The notes under the pieces were generated by a model that saw only the letters and a list, made by a program, of their open reading frames with translations, was not told where the DNA came from and did no database searches. DNA of 64,000 nucleotides from Utricularia gibba (taxonomy: Eukaryota; Plantae; Magnoliophyta). Shown in pieces: positions 40,361-51,835 of this stretch (within the stretch, counting starts at the first letter, position 1; every line of letters starts with the position of its first letter). The position numbers and the translations under genes were made by a program. The DNA is taken from NCBI GenBank assembly GCA_002189035.1, contig NEEC01000011.1:1116001-1180000 (forward strand). The letters are read 5' to 3'.

Positions 40361-40668
40361 GCCAAAATTATGACGATGAACAAGCTGCTACACGTGCTTC
40401 CGACTTGGCCGCACTAAGGCACGGGGACGATAGATAACCCTACGCTTCCCCATAATCTTGCTTCCATTTTTGTTTCAATAGTAGAATTAAGGTTTAGGGT
40501 TTATTATAAGATATATGAGAAGGAGGTTAGAGAAATGAAGAGCCAAACAAGGGAAGAATATATGGGTTGGTTGGGGTGGTAAATTTAAATGCCCAAAGTA
40601 CAAATTTAAAATCTCAAGAATAGTAATCGGCTTTCTAATGGAGTTTCCAAGTATAGAAGGGTGGTGAG
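40361..40668 (+). pseudogene. Three-exon remnant of a double-AP2-domain transcription factor (WRI3/WRI4/ADAP-like)
   Basis: Exon-like pieces YDDEQAATRASDLAALRH(W)G..ITLRFP, YEKEVREMKSQTREEYMGWL and NSNRLSNGVSKYRRVVR with AG/GT boundaries. They match the AP2 R1 end, linker and R2 start, with a frameshift, a stop and a mutated donor. Confidence 0.8.
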
Positions 40669-42117
40669 GTAAGCAAGGGTGTCATTTGAAGCAGGCAGAA
40701 GGTGTATGTGGGTGTGTAAGATCATAATTGCACATATGAGGCCTGATGGGAACTGGAGTTAGTTTGATTGTTTTTTATGGTCACACTAATCAAATAACAA
40801 CTCATTTAAAAGTTTTTTCATAATTTACTTTTAAGTAACACTAACATATAAACCACTTAAAATTGAGAATGCTTGATTGATATATATTACAAGTTAAAAA
40901 AAAAACTAAGTTGATTTGATTTGATTTTATTGACTTATTTTTCAATACTAAAGACTATTTTACCATTTTATTAAATAATAAAAAAATTTCTTTTAATTTA
41001 CAAACACCTATCAATACATACTAATCCTAAAATATATGTGTAAGTTTAGGTATTTTCGCTCTCTCAATAATTATACCAATTACATAATAGGAAATTAAAT
41101 TTTTTTATTAAAAAAATAAAAATGGAATCGAACAAAGACATATGTCTGTACACAAAAGAAATACATCAATTTTGGTCTAAGTAATAACATGTATCATGTG
41201 TTAAGACTCTTGATTGTTCTAACAAGAATGATTTTTTCAACATCACCGTCCAACTCTATGAAGCTTTCAAGATACGAATGTTATCTAACAATATTCATGA
41301 AATCACATAAAGTAGGAGTGTTAGCACCTTGACTTACTAATGAGTTGGATAAAGAGTAATCTAAATAGTATATTGAAGAAAATTATTCATCTTGATTGTA
41401 ATGTCAAATACTAACCTCCTGTATTTCTCATGACTCTTCACATGCAATAATAAATGGAATATCCAGCAAGATTTGACACGGATTTTAGTTTAGAAGTAAA
41501 AGTTCTACAAGATCCTCGTGCTCAACATGTTTTCTTGAGACCAGTGGAATTAAATTATAGGATCGTCTAAACATGTTATTTTCTTTTAAACCATGTGTAT
41601 GAATTCTTCTATGCTGGGATTTCAACTTGTGCTTATATGGTAAGGTGTATCACGACTACTTGTATGATGCTGCATTCTTTGGAGAATTTTCCCAGTTTCC
41701 ATACCACCAAGTAGAAGAAGTTATTGCAATAATCAGAGAGAAATTAATAGCTTTTTGATCAACAAATGAGTGATCCTTTCTTGAGTTTTCCACATCCAAC
41801 ATATACCTAAAGAATCAAAGAAGCATTTAATATTTAAATACATCAAAAAAAGCAATTAGAAAAAACATTAAAACTGGTGTAGTCGAATGAAATCAGGAAA
41901 TAATGCATGTCGATGACTTCAAAACAAATGAACAAAGCAAACACTTTCGAATATTTTTAATCTTTTACTATCACTCATCATTACCATAATATTTCATTTC
42001 ATCATATTCAGCAGCGTAACATGATCAAGAATGACTGAAGGGTCAAATTAAAATATTTTAAAATAATTAATTAATAATACTGTTAATTAATTCATATTAT
42101 ATTTAATTAATATATTG

Positions 42118-42168
<51 letters not shown>
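42118..42168 (+). repeat. (ATT)17 microsatellite inside a small insertion (~42010-42240)
   Basis: 17 perfect ATT units counted directly. Confidence 0.95.
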
Positions 42169-42174
<6 letters not shown>

Positions 42175-43871
42175 CAATTATTTCTAAGAAATAAGATAGA
42201 GTCATGACCCTACCTGGCCCAAGCTACATTCTATCGCAGATTCTCTTCCAATCTACTCTTGCATATTCATCCATATCTTTTAATCCTTTTTCATATTACA
42301 GCATGCAAACTTTAAGGATTGAAACTTATATCGATCATATTTACACCATGTAATCGTTTCACATGGGGCACATCTTGTTGAGAGCTCATTTCGTTTAACA
42401 TTATAATTTGTTCAATGTTAAGAATGACACTAATTTATATAAAAATGAATGATTTAAAAAACATAAGTATATTTTCTTGAGAATGTTACTTTTTTTCAGT
42501 GGCATTGTACAGAGTGTTTGTTGCAATATTGATGAGAGATCAATGAAGTTATTGTGGAATGGACAAAAGATCACTTTCCTAGTTGAGGCCATTTCTTCTT
42601 ATTTTAAGCCATGAAATGTGACTCATATTTGTCAACAACTTTGCAGTTGATGTGCCAGTATTCAGCTACACAATAGAATAGAAAAATTGGTCCAAGAAGA
42701 AAGTTTTATACCTATCTTTTCCATTAAAAACTAACCTCCATTCATAAGATGAGGTTGAGTTTATGAATATAGCTTGTAGTTTTAATTGGATTTCTCGAAA
42801 TCCGTTCATCTTTGAGTGACGTTTCATCCGTGGTTTTTTTACTTCGAGGTTTTCACATAAAATTTGGTATTGTTTTTGTTTTTGCATCAATACCACATAA
42901 ACACAAACTTATTTTGAATCAAACACAATTCATATCAAGCTACTCCTTGATCTTTCTTCTTTGATATTTTTAAGCTATATGCTAAAATATAATAGTGTTA
43001 GTTAAAAATGATTATTTATCATGTATTTGACTCTAACAATTACAAGTCATTCGAAAAAACAAGAGGAAAGAAAATTGTACTGAAAGCAAGGAAGAAGTGC
43101 TAGAATCAGTTGAAAAAGGCAATTTGAAGAAAAGAGGGGTAGAAATGAGCAAAAATGAAAATCAAGCGATACAGGCAACAAGAACACGAAGCACAATGGG
43201 TGAGTGCTTCGGTCATGGTCCCTGATAAGCGGTGTAAACGAATTCAAAAATCTGTGGAATTCAACCGTGTAGTTTATCTGATGCACTTGAGATTAATGCT
43301 GTGCTTGAAGGGTAAAAGCGTGTATATAGGTTGGGGTAAGGATAAAAACCCTATAACTAAATCAGTTTAACTGTAGAGTTAGTTGTAAAGTTTCTATTGA
43401 ACTTGGTTAATTAGGTACTTATTTAAAAATTATGGGATTTCATGAAAATATTCTTGGGTTGAAAGGAAAGACTTTAAAGGATTGGAGTTTGGGAAAAACT
43501 AAAACAGAATGATTGGCTATCATGAAGTTTCATTCTTTTTGAGTTCATGTCCTAACTATCTATTCTACGTGATTTTTCATGCTTAAGGTAGGGATTTTCA
43601 CTATTTGTATTCATGATTTGTAGCTTGCATATCTAGCTTCCAAAACAAAATGAATGCTTTTATTGGGGCTTTAGGTAAGAAGATATAATTTATGCAAAAA
43701 CATTGTTGATTTTGAGAGGTTTTTCTATATAAAACCGATGTGAGTCCATAAAGAAAAATACTTACTTTCAAATGAGGTATTAGTGAGTGATTTTCATAAC
43801 ATATATGAATTTTCAATGAATTTAGAATTAATACTACAAGTCTTATTGCTTGATGCCTATTTGTTTGATTA

Positions 43872-44264
43872 TGAGTTTGTTCTTTAATATGAAGCTATGA
43901 TTAAAATGATATATAATAAAAACAGTTTTCAAATTATGTGAATAGAATAAGTTTTAAAATTGTAAAATTATTTTGTATGATTGTATATATTATATTAAAG
44001 TAAAATACATTTTAATATATTAAATTATTATATAATTTAATGTTATTGTATAAAGATATTTTTAAAGTAGATAAAAAGAGAATACTATAATTTTTTAATT
44101 AATATTTTATTTAATCACGGAAACAGAAACTCAAGAAATTTGATAATTTATAAAGTTAATCATAAAATCTAAATTTTTAATTTTTAATTTTTAAAACGGT
44201 TCAAGATTAGAATTTTAAAAAATTAACATAATCACTTTAGAAATTTTGTACACAAAATAGGCCC
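43872..44264. mobile_element. Tourist-like MITE inside F-box copy 4, at the same site as 6191-6596
   Basis: AT-rich insert ending CAAAATAGGCCC at the site homologous to the copy 2 insertion. Confidence 0.5.
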
Positions 44265-45937
44265 TATGTTTTTGTGAGATAGAAAATGTTGGGAGAGTTA
44301 TTGATGCACACCTTCATATGACTAGCATTCGGAAGACAATTCGAACTGAGGATTGACCACATGTAATGAAGGAGATTATGCGTTAAAAATTATGGAAGAA
44401 TGACCTAACTTCTACCAACTGGTTTTAATGGAGTGAGTGGCAGGCCTTCCATCAATCCCCTGAAATAGAAATCAGTTTCACTTATTCTATATAATGTCTG
44501 TTTGGCATGATTTTTTTGAATCTCTCGTCTTTTAATAATATTCAAATTATTTTTCATGCCTCTTTGTTTTAAAATTTTGTGGTCATGACCACTTATTATA
44601 TTTCAAAAGACATTAGGCATGAGGAGGAAGCCTAAGTCAAGATCCATGATTGCGAAAAAACACTGATCGATTAGACCTATTCAGATGTCTGTAACTTTGT
44701 AGTCTATTATACAATTGCAGAACTTTCGTGTTATTTTGAAAGCTATATAAATCTAGGTAAAGTTTACTAGCTGAATACCTATGGATAATCTGTAAGAAAC
44801 GTGTTTATGAGCAACTTGGTCAATGTCCTTATTATTAAGGCTTGACTCTTTTTTCCCTTATTTCCCATATGTTGGCATCTCAACTGTGTAGGTTTTCTAT
44901 TTTCAAATTCTCATTTATGAAATAAGTAATGTTTTTTCTTCTTTTCTTCGTGTTTAAGGGTTAGATAGAAATATAGAACGGAAAGGGTGTTATGTCTTGT
45001 TGTGATAAAAAGGCATGACATCATGACTCTCAAAAAATTATATTTTGATCATGATATTAGTAAAATATTTTATTATCAAACTCATATAATATTACTAAAA
45101 TAACTATAATAGATTATTGGACTCAAAACTTTCGAAAATAATAAGGATAGTTCTATGCTTTAATACCATGGAATCAACAAATCCCACCTTATTTAGGTTT
45201 GTTTTTCATCATAAATGTAGATTTAAATATAAAAAAATATTGGATATCTAAATACTTAATAAATATCATTATTTATCGAGTATGTAGTAATTAACAAGTT
45301 TTATTTAATATAAAGTAATTTTTTATGTTCTACCAAACGAGCACTAAATGAACAGATACTCATGTAACAAAGGGATCATGTGTAGTTTGGAATCCAAAAA
45401 TAGTTGTGGAATAAATTAACTCAACTTTCAATGGCGTCATTTGCAGCCCTCCCATCTGCATTTCCCATGTTTCGTTTCTTACTTTCAAGTCCTCCTTTGG
45501 CTCCTCAAAAGGAATGTTTTACATGTGTATTATCTGTTTAAGTAATAAAAAAATATACTTACTTCATGCAAGAAGCAAAGTCTCAGTACAAATATTCATC
45601 CGCGTTGTGTCAACAAAATAAAAAATGATGTGGGCACATCTCTAACTCCATCTATGCCACTGATTATGATAAACCTATTCCCCTGAATATGATAAATTGC
45701 CCATCTCTAACGCCACCTATGCCATTGATTTTATTTTTAACTGGGAATATATTGTTTATATAATTCTAGTTTTTATGAAATATGAAATATTATTTAAAGG
45801 ATGATAAAATAATAATTATTTATTTTATCTATCAATACTATAAATTTTTGTGAAGAAATGATGATAATTTTGTAATTATATAACAACTCTAAAAATAATA
45901 AAAAATGCCGTACCAATGTGTTAAGGGCGAAAATCAG

Positions 45938-46418
45938 TATTGGGGTCAGAACCGATTTTCGGGTTATGAAGTTCGTCGGAGACGTCGAACATGGGGTATG
46001 GGTTTTATGCTTTGTTTGGTGTGTTTAATGAAAATAAAAGAAGGATGAAGATTTTTTACGTGGAAACCGTCGGAGAACGGAAAAGCCACAAAGCTGTCGA
46101 AGTTTGCCGGAAAATATCTTTACTAGACGGGAGTGGGAAAAATATAGGTTGGAGGGCTTAGAGTCCAACACATTCCCCTTCATGATTTCTCCTATGTATA
46201 GGAGAGGTCGATCTGACCAAATCCTAACTTCTATGGTTGGCAGTTGCTTTATGTGCTTGTACTATGATCCTACTTTTCAGATGATCGTCGCCTGTTCTGC
46301 CATAATTCAATCATTTTTCAGACTGTCTCTGGCACATATTGGTCTGTCGACCGGCGCCAGAGCACCTTTTGACAGTTTTTCAGAAGCTGATTAACCATAT
46401 CCGATTTGAACCCCAGTA
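45938..46418. mobile_element. Probable solo LTR (degenerate TGTTGGGG...CCCCAACA type ends)
   Basis: GC-richer insert absent from the homologous block at ~29950. Imperfect terminal inverted repeats TATTGGGGTCAGAACCGA / TACTGGGGTTCAAATCGGA; no TSD. Confidence 0.5.
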
Positions 46419-47856
46419 GTTAATTAATTTTTCATTTTATAAATACAGGTTTGAAAATAAACAACAGTAAAAGGAAATTACGTTTTAAAATAATAAAAAC
46501 ATTGACTTTGTATCAATGATCCATTATGTAGAAGCACTATTATGTATGTGTGAATCTTAAGAGTAAATTTACTTATCTAAGTTGTGAAAATATTATTATA
46601 AAGTAGTATTACTTTATAACAATTATAACATCGTTTCTCATTTAATGTGATTATAAAATCAGTTACATTACCAAATCTATTTAAGCTATTGTGATAATCT
46701 ATATTTTTTCCACATTCAATCCTAATCCTTACATCTCATACCCTGATAAACACATTAAACCAAATATGTCTTGATTACAATATCAGATTGAACCCTAAAT
46801 TTTGAATTTTCTCACATGTTTTTAGGGTTCTGTAATAATTAATAGCATTTTGGTAAAGAAAAGAATGCATATAACAAAACCAAAATTTAAATTAAATATT
46901 AAATAACATAGTAAAACAATTCTTATATAAAGATACTTGTAACGTAAAATCATAATACATACTAGACTATAATGCATAAAAACATGAAAATACAAAAAGT
47001 AAAATAAAAATTTGCTCAAAAGATGTATTTGTGGAGAAAGAAAGGTATTTATAGGATATGAAATCTGCATTGGTCTTTATGGATGAGTTGAATTATATAT
47101 TCTATTTATCTTTTATTCAGAATTTTTATTTAAATAATTATTTAAGACTCGAATGTGAGATCAAATCTTCATTAATAAACTTTCTTTTGGATCCAAATTC
47201 ATCCACACTCAAATTATCAATCGTTAAATCTTAATTTATTTTCAAATTGATCTCAAAATTCATAAAATATACTTTTTAAAAAAAATTAACATTAATATAA
47301 AGATAAAAAATTAATAAAAAGTAATGAGAAATTAAAATATAAATTAGATAAAAATAATTCTTAAAGATGATATAAAAATATGTTTTGAAACAAAGCGATA
47401 CAAAATCAATTATTAATAAACTGAAATTGCATATAACATAACGGTGATTCTTATACCAAGGGCTCATTACGTCAAATTGATCAAACTATTCCAACCAAAT
47501 AACAATCAATTGTCCGTTCATAACGTGGCCGTTGTCCATCAAGGGACGCCACCAGATCGATGAAATAGACACCCTGCTGTCTACGTTGGGGGCTTTTCCT
47601 GCAATCCCCAAAGGATGCAGGTGGAGCTAACGGGGGAGACCTGCCGTGGTCTGTCCTGAAACCATACGCGCATGGTTTGCATGGCCCTTCATGATACCTC
47701 ACACCCCAAAGTACTAAGAACTTCGATATGCCCTCTACCATCAACTGGAAGGGGATATGTAAAAAATTGAGGATTTATTTTTCAAATGACTCAAATGCTG
47801 TGATTATCTTTGTGATTATACTGTTTGATTATTATTTTTTGGAAACAAATCTACTC

Positions 47857-47863
47857 TATAAAA
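47857..47863 (+). promoter_or_regulatory. TATA box candidate (TATAAAA) upstream of the bromodomain ORF
   Basis: Lies 90 bp upstream of ATG 47953 and is followed by a pyrimidine-rich leader. Confidence 0.45.
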
Positions 47864-47952
47864 TGGGGCCTCTCCACCTGATGGGGTGCGTCATTAGTTC
47901 CCGCTTATTCTCATCCCAGTTCCCGCTTCTTCCCCATTCAAGAAGTGCGATC

Positions 47953-49063
47953 ATGACGATCAAGCGGAAGGCGGCGCCCGAGAATGGCAGCGGGTTCTCG
48001 AAGAGGGCGCGGGCGGAGATGGACGTAGTGGAAAGGGAGCGTTGCGGGAAGATGCTGAAGGAGCTGATGAATCATCCCAAGGCTTCCATTTTCCGCAACC
48101 CCTTTGATCGTTTGGAGTATTCGATGGATCTGGGAAAAGTGAAGCGCCGTATGGAGAGTGGATGGTACATGACGGCGGACGAGTTTTCGGCGGATGTTCG
48201 TCTGATTTTCGCCAATGGGATTATGTACACTCGTCCCAGAGACAGGGTTCACATGTACGCAAGAGAGCTCAAAGAGTTCTTCAAAAGAATGTGGGATTCA
48301 GGGGAGACGACGCCCCAGGCTCTGGAAAAGATCATGAATAAGGGTAAGATTAAGAACGATCTTCGTCATCCTGTTGTTTAGCGAACACGATTCCTGTGGG
48401 ATTGAAGGCACGCCCAGAAGTCCGAATGAGTCGGACGTCACAACGGTCGGGTCCAGTGGTTCCATCAGTTCCGCTGACTCACAATGCGCTAAGGCTCCTG
48501 ATGCAGTGAGTCAAGACGAGAGTCCACCTTCTTGCGCTAAAGATATCCCTCTGGGTAAGATCACTCTGTTCCCTTGTTGATTTCATTCATTGTCGGCTCA
48601 TCCGGATCCCGATTCCTTGTCGATTAGGCTTCCTGCCCCAAAACGAAAGCGTGGCAACAGACCCAACGTGCTATTGCTCTCAAGAAACGATTCCAAGACA
48701 TCATCTTCAAGTCTAACCATCAATCCGTGGAGGATAAGGTAATCCACGTTAAGTCCCCCTTGTTGTGTGAAATTCATACCGCTATAATTTTGACTGATTT
48801 CCCTGTAGATCAAGGAGAGCCATCCTGCGGACAGGCTCCAAGAAAGAGAGAGAGATACCAGAAGCAGCTGCAACAAGGTGAGCGAAGACGGTTGTTTCCT
48901 TCTTAACTATGAGTAATAATATGCTTATTTTATTGTTTTTGTGAACAGAGAAAATGAGGTTCCAGGCTGAAATCGCATTGCCGAAGAGGCGCTAAAAGTG
49001 TTGGAAAAAGAGGACCCCTTTGTACGCTTTGGGAATGCGACAGATGTTGCGTTGCGTTGTTGA
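47953..49063 (+). pseudogene. GTE12: GTE12-like bromodomain gene, truncated or frameshifted; first ORF 47953-48381 (142 aa)
   Basis: Bromodomain CGKMLKELMNHPKASIFRNPFD...MDLGKVKRRM...Y...EFSADVRLIFANGIMY...VHMYARELKEFFKRMW, then a stop at 48379-48381. Downstream out-of-frame exon-like pieces (...PDAVSQDE..|DQGEPS...RERYQKQLQQ|EKMRFQAEI) resemble the GTE12 C-terminal region. Confidence 0.75.
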
Positions 49064-49087
49064 TGTGTGAGTTAGGTCTCTTCTCAG

Positions 49088-49302
49088 ACCATTACGCTGA
49101 CGAGCAGATTCAAGGCTTGAGCCTACCTTCGCACACCTCCGTTACTCTTTAGGAGGCATCGCATCCGCCCAGATAAACTACCCACCTCGCAGTGTCCCGC
49201 CTTCCCGCGAATGATTGGTGCGGCGGTTAGGCATCCAACGACGAAAGAGTGATCTTTCAGGATTGGTCACCACATATCCCACACATTCGATCAAGGTTGT
49301 CG
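49088..49302 (-). other. rrn26: NUMT: fragment of mitochondrial large-subunit rRNA gene
   Basis: Reverse complement contains GGGACACTGCGAGGTGGGTAGTTTATCTGG(G)CGGATG..CCTCCTAAAGAGTAACGGAGGTGTGCGAAGGTAGGCTCAAGC. This LSU rRNA domain V stretch is closest, from memory, to the plant mitochondrial version. About 215 bp with small indels. Confidence 0.85.
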
Positions 49303-49429
49303 TTAAAAGCCCTCACGAGAGGATTGAGGCAAGAAGAGGTAGGGAAATGGAAGCTGAAAATGAGATAAGCGTTATGAAGGGCATGGAGATTCTGTGTAGT
49401 TGGCCCAAATTATGTGGACTTTATTTTTG

Positions 49430-50240
49430 CATAAAGAAAATTTCAATTAGTACAATTTATCTCTAAAATGATGTCAAAGTGCATCTACTGTTCCATGGAG
49501 TACATAGAACACCATCCCATTGGGGTAGAGTTGCATGATTTAACTAATCTACGAGATATTCTTTTCAAATAGAGGTAAAGTAAAAAATACATATTCTAGT
49601 AAGAAGCTAAAATTAAAAAAGAGAACATACAAAAAAAAAAAGAAGGAATGATGCAAAATCAAGGAGGAGATTGGCTAGCAACCAACTAGGGGGAAATCTC
49701 TTATGAATGCAATGGGATATATAGAAAATCGAAAAAAATGGCATCACCCCAGACACTATGCTCCCAAACATCCAAACCTTAACTAGAGAAATGATAATGC
49801 ATTGAATCAACATTTGCTACAGTAACATCAACTATAACAAATCATCCAACCTCAACATCCCCTTCCCATCAAACCTAGTATTGGAACAATCTTATAGAAA
49901 TATTTCATATACAATTGCCTCAAAGATCATACTGACCAACCCATCAAAGGAATGATCAGGCGAAACAGAGACCAATCTTAAAGTTACAAGTATTTGATAT
50001 CTATATTTGATATATTACTATAAAGATGCAACCAATCACCTTCTTGGAAGCACTCGAACACACTAAAACGTTCAATTGTAGATTGATTTCAAAGAACAAC
50101 TTGACCTTGTATTTCTATTGTGTAAGAAATAATTTTTTTCACGATCTTCCTGCAAAAACACTCACCATGCATCAATTACCGGTATTCCAAGTATCACATG
50201 CCAAAGATCGGATTAGAGATCAATAGAATCCCTCCCAGGA
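49430..50240 (-). pseudogene. F-box/FBD/LRR-like pseudogene, family 2 copy a
   Basis: F-box motif RDSIDL*SDLWHVILGIPVIDA at ~50170-50240 and FBD-like CIIISLVKVWMFGSIVSG...WLLANL. Stops and frameshifts. Confidence 0.6.
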
Positions 50241-51289
50241 TGGGTCAAACTGAATTCTCTCCAATGGCAGAACTGAAGTCAGAATTAGGTGTCATGTGTG
50301 AAGTTCTTAAATGTAAATGTCTAATGGTGGCTTCAAATAAATGTGTCTTTTGAGAATATGATCTCAAAAATCTGAAAACTGAAAACTTTAGTTTAAAAAT
50401 CAGAAAAGAATTTTCTGATTTGGTCTTTACACTGCAATCTTGTCTTCTAGATCTTTTAATATACTCGTCTTCCATTCTTGTCTTTGTCTTCCCGCGAAGG
50501 TGTCCCCAAGGGCTTTCAATGCTGCTGTTCCTCTCATGTATATTTTTTCAACAGATTTTCTTCTTTGACAAGAATTTCCCAAACCTTCCATGTTCAAAAG
50601 TACCTATTAGGGAACTATATTTTTGGATGTAATTTGTCTACACATGCATTACTTTGTCTGATTATTTGTCTCCTTGAGCATTATCATTAAGATATTTATG
50701 TATGGTACAACAAAGATTAAAAAAGACTCACAATATTAACTTGTGGTAATGTGTTGTTCTAACAAATTTGAAAAACATGATATTTCTATCATAATTACTT
50801 TATTTTGAAATAGAATATCATTGTGGCAAGCCATAACGTAATATAATTTTGGAAAAATTACTTCATAATCGATTTGAATAAAATTAAAAATTATTATGAA
50901 ATGAGAAGTGATATATGGCAGTAACTATTTTTTTAAAATGATTATTATTGAGTAAATTCATATTTAAAATATAAAAAGTGAGAATTATTTTAATAATTAA
51001 ATGATATATTCATCCACATTTATTAATAATTATTTTTTATAAATTTAAAAATATGTTTTATATATTGTATTTGTATTAAAAAAAATTTCTGATTTTTGAA
51101 TTATAACTCATGTTAGTATTTTAATTTAAATTATATTAAAATTATAATTTATAAATTAAAGAAACTAAATTTTTTATAATCATATTAATTATACTTATTT
51201 ATAAAATTTGGTATAACTAAAATTCTAATTCAATTGTCCCAAAACCTCACCTTGAAAGTCCATCATCAAAATGTATTCATGGGAAGGAG

Positions 51290-51835
51290 AATGCTTTTAA
51301 TCTACTATTATGTAGAGACTGCAAAGGTCCAATCCATTGAGGCTGGATTGCATGATTTAACTATTGTACGAGATATTCTGTTAGAATACAGGCAAAATCA
51401 AAAGTAATATTGCTAGCGGGAAGTTCAAATTGAAGAGAAAAAAAAAGTAATACTGCTGGAGAGGTGACTTACTAGCAATTAGCTAAAGGGGAGTTCTTCT
51501 GTGACCACAATCAGATATGCAAAAAATGAAGGAGATTGATACCAACCCTGACATTATGATCCCAAACACTTAAACTTGAGTTATAGGAATTGTAATGCAT
51601 TAACATATATTACACCATCATCAGCTACAACAAATCATCCAATCTCAACATTTCCTTCATAGCAAGCTCAATATAAGAGAGAGTCTTATGGAAATTCTAC
51701 ACATACAATTGCCTAAGATACCACACCGGCCTCCCCATCAAAGGAATGATCAGGTGAAACAGAGACCATTCTCAAACTTGTAAGCGTTTAATATCTGTGT
51801 TCATATATTACTCTACAACTACAGCTCACCACCTT
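51290..51835 (-). pseudogene. F-box/FBD/LRR-like pseudogene, family 2 copy b (5'-truncated)
   Basis: Direct repeat of 49480-50050 (shared CCCATCAAAGGAATGATCAGG(C/T)GAAACAGAGACCA). FBD-like VFGIIMSGLVSISF...LIASKSPL. Confidence 0.6.

Larger units (their letters stand above)
41300..44650 (-). pseudogene. F-box/LRR-like family 1 copy 4 (longest copy)
   Basis: Colinear with 262-2425 and contains extra sequence (about 42520-42990) missing from copy 1. Multiple stops. Confidence 0.5.

Noticed and set aside
46104-46394. 96-aa ORF
   Set aside because: Lies wholly within an LTR-like insertion and has no protein motif.
47728-47952. N-terminal 75 codons of the listed 217-aa ORF
   Set aside because: Overlaps repeat-derived sequence and the TATA candidate; ATG 47953 is the more plausible start.
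49088-49302. Functional rRNA gene
   Set aside because: Only ~215 bp of a multi-kb gene, with indels, embedded in nuclear repeats; treated as a NUMT.
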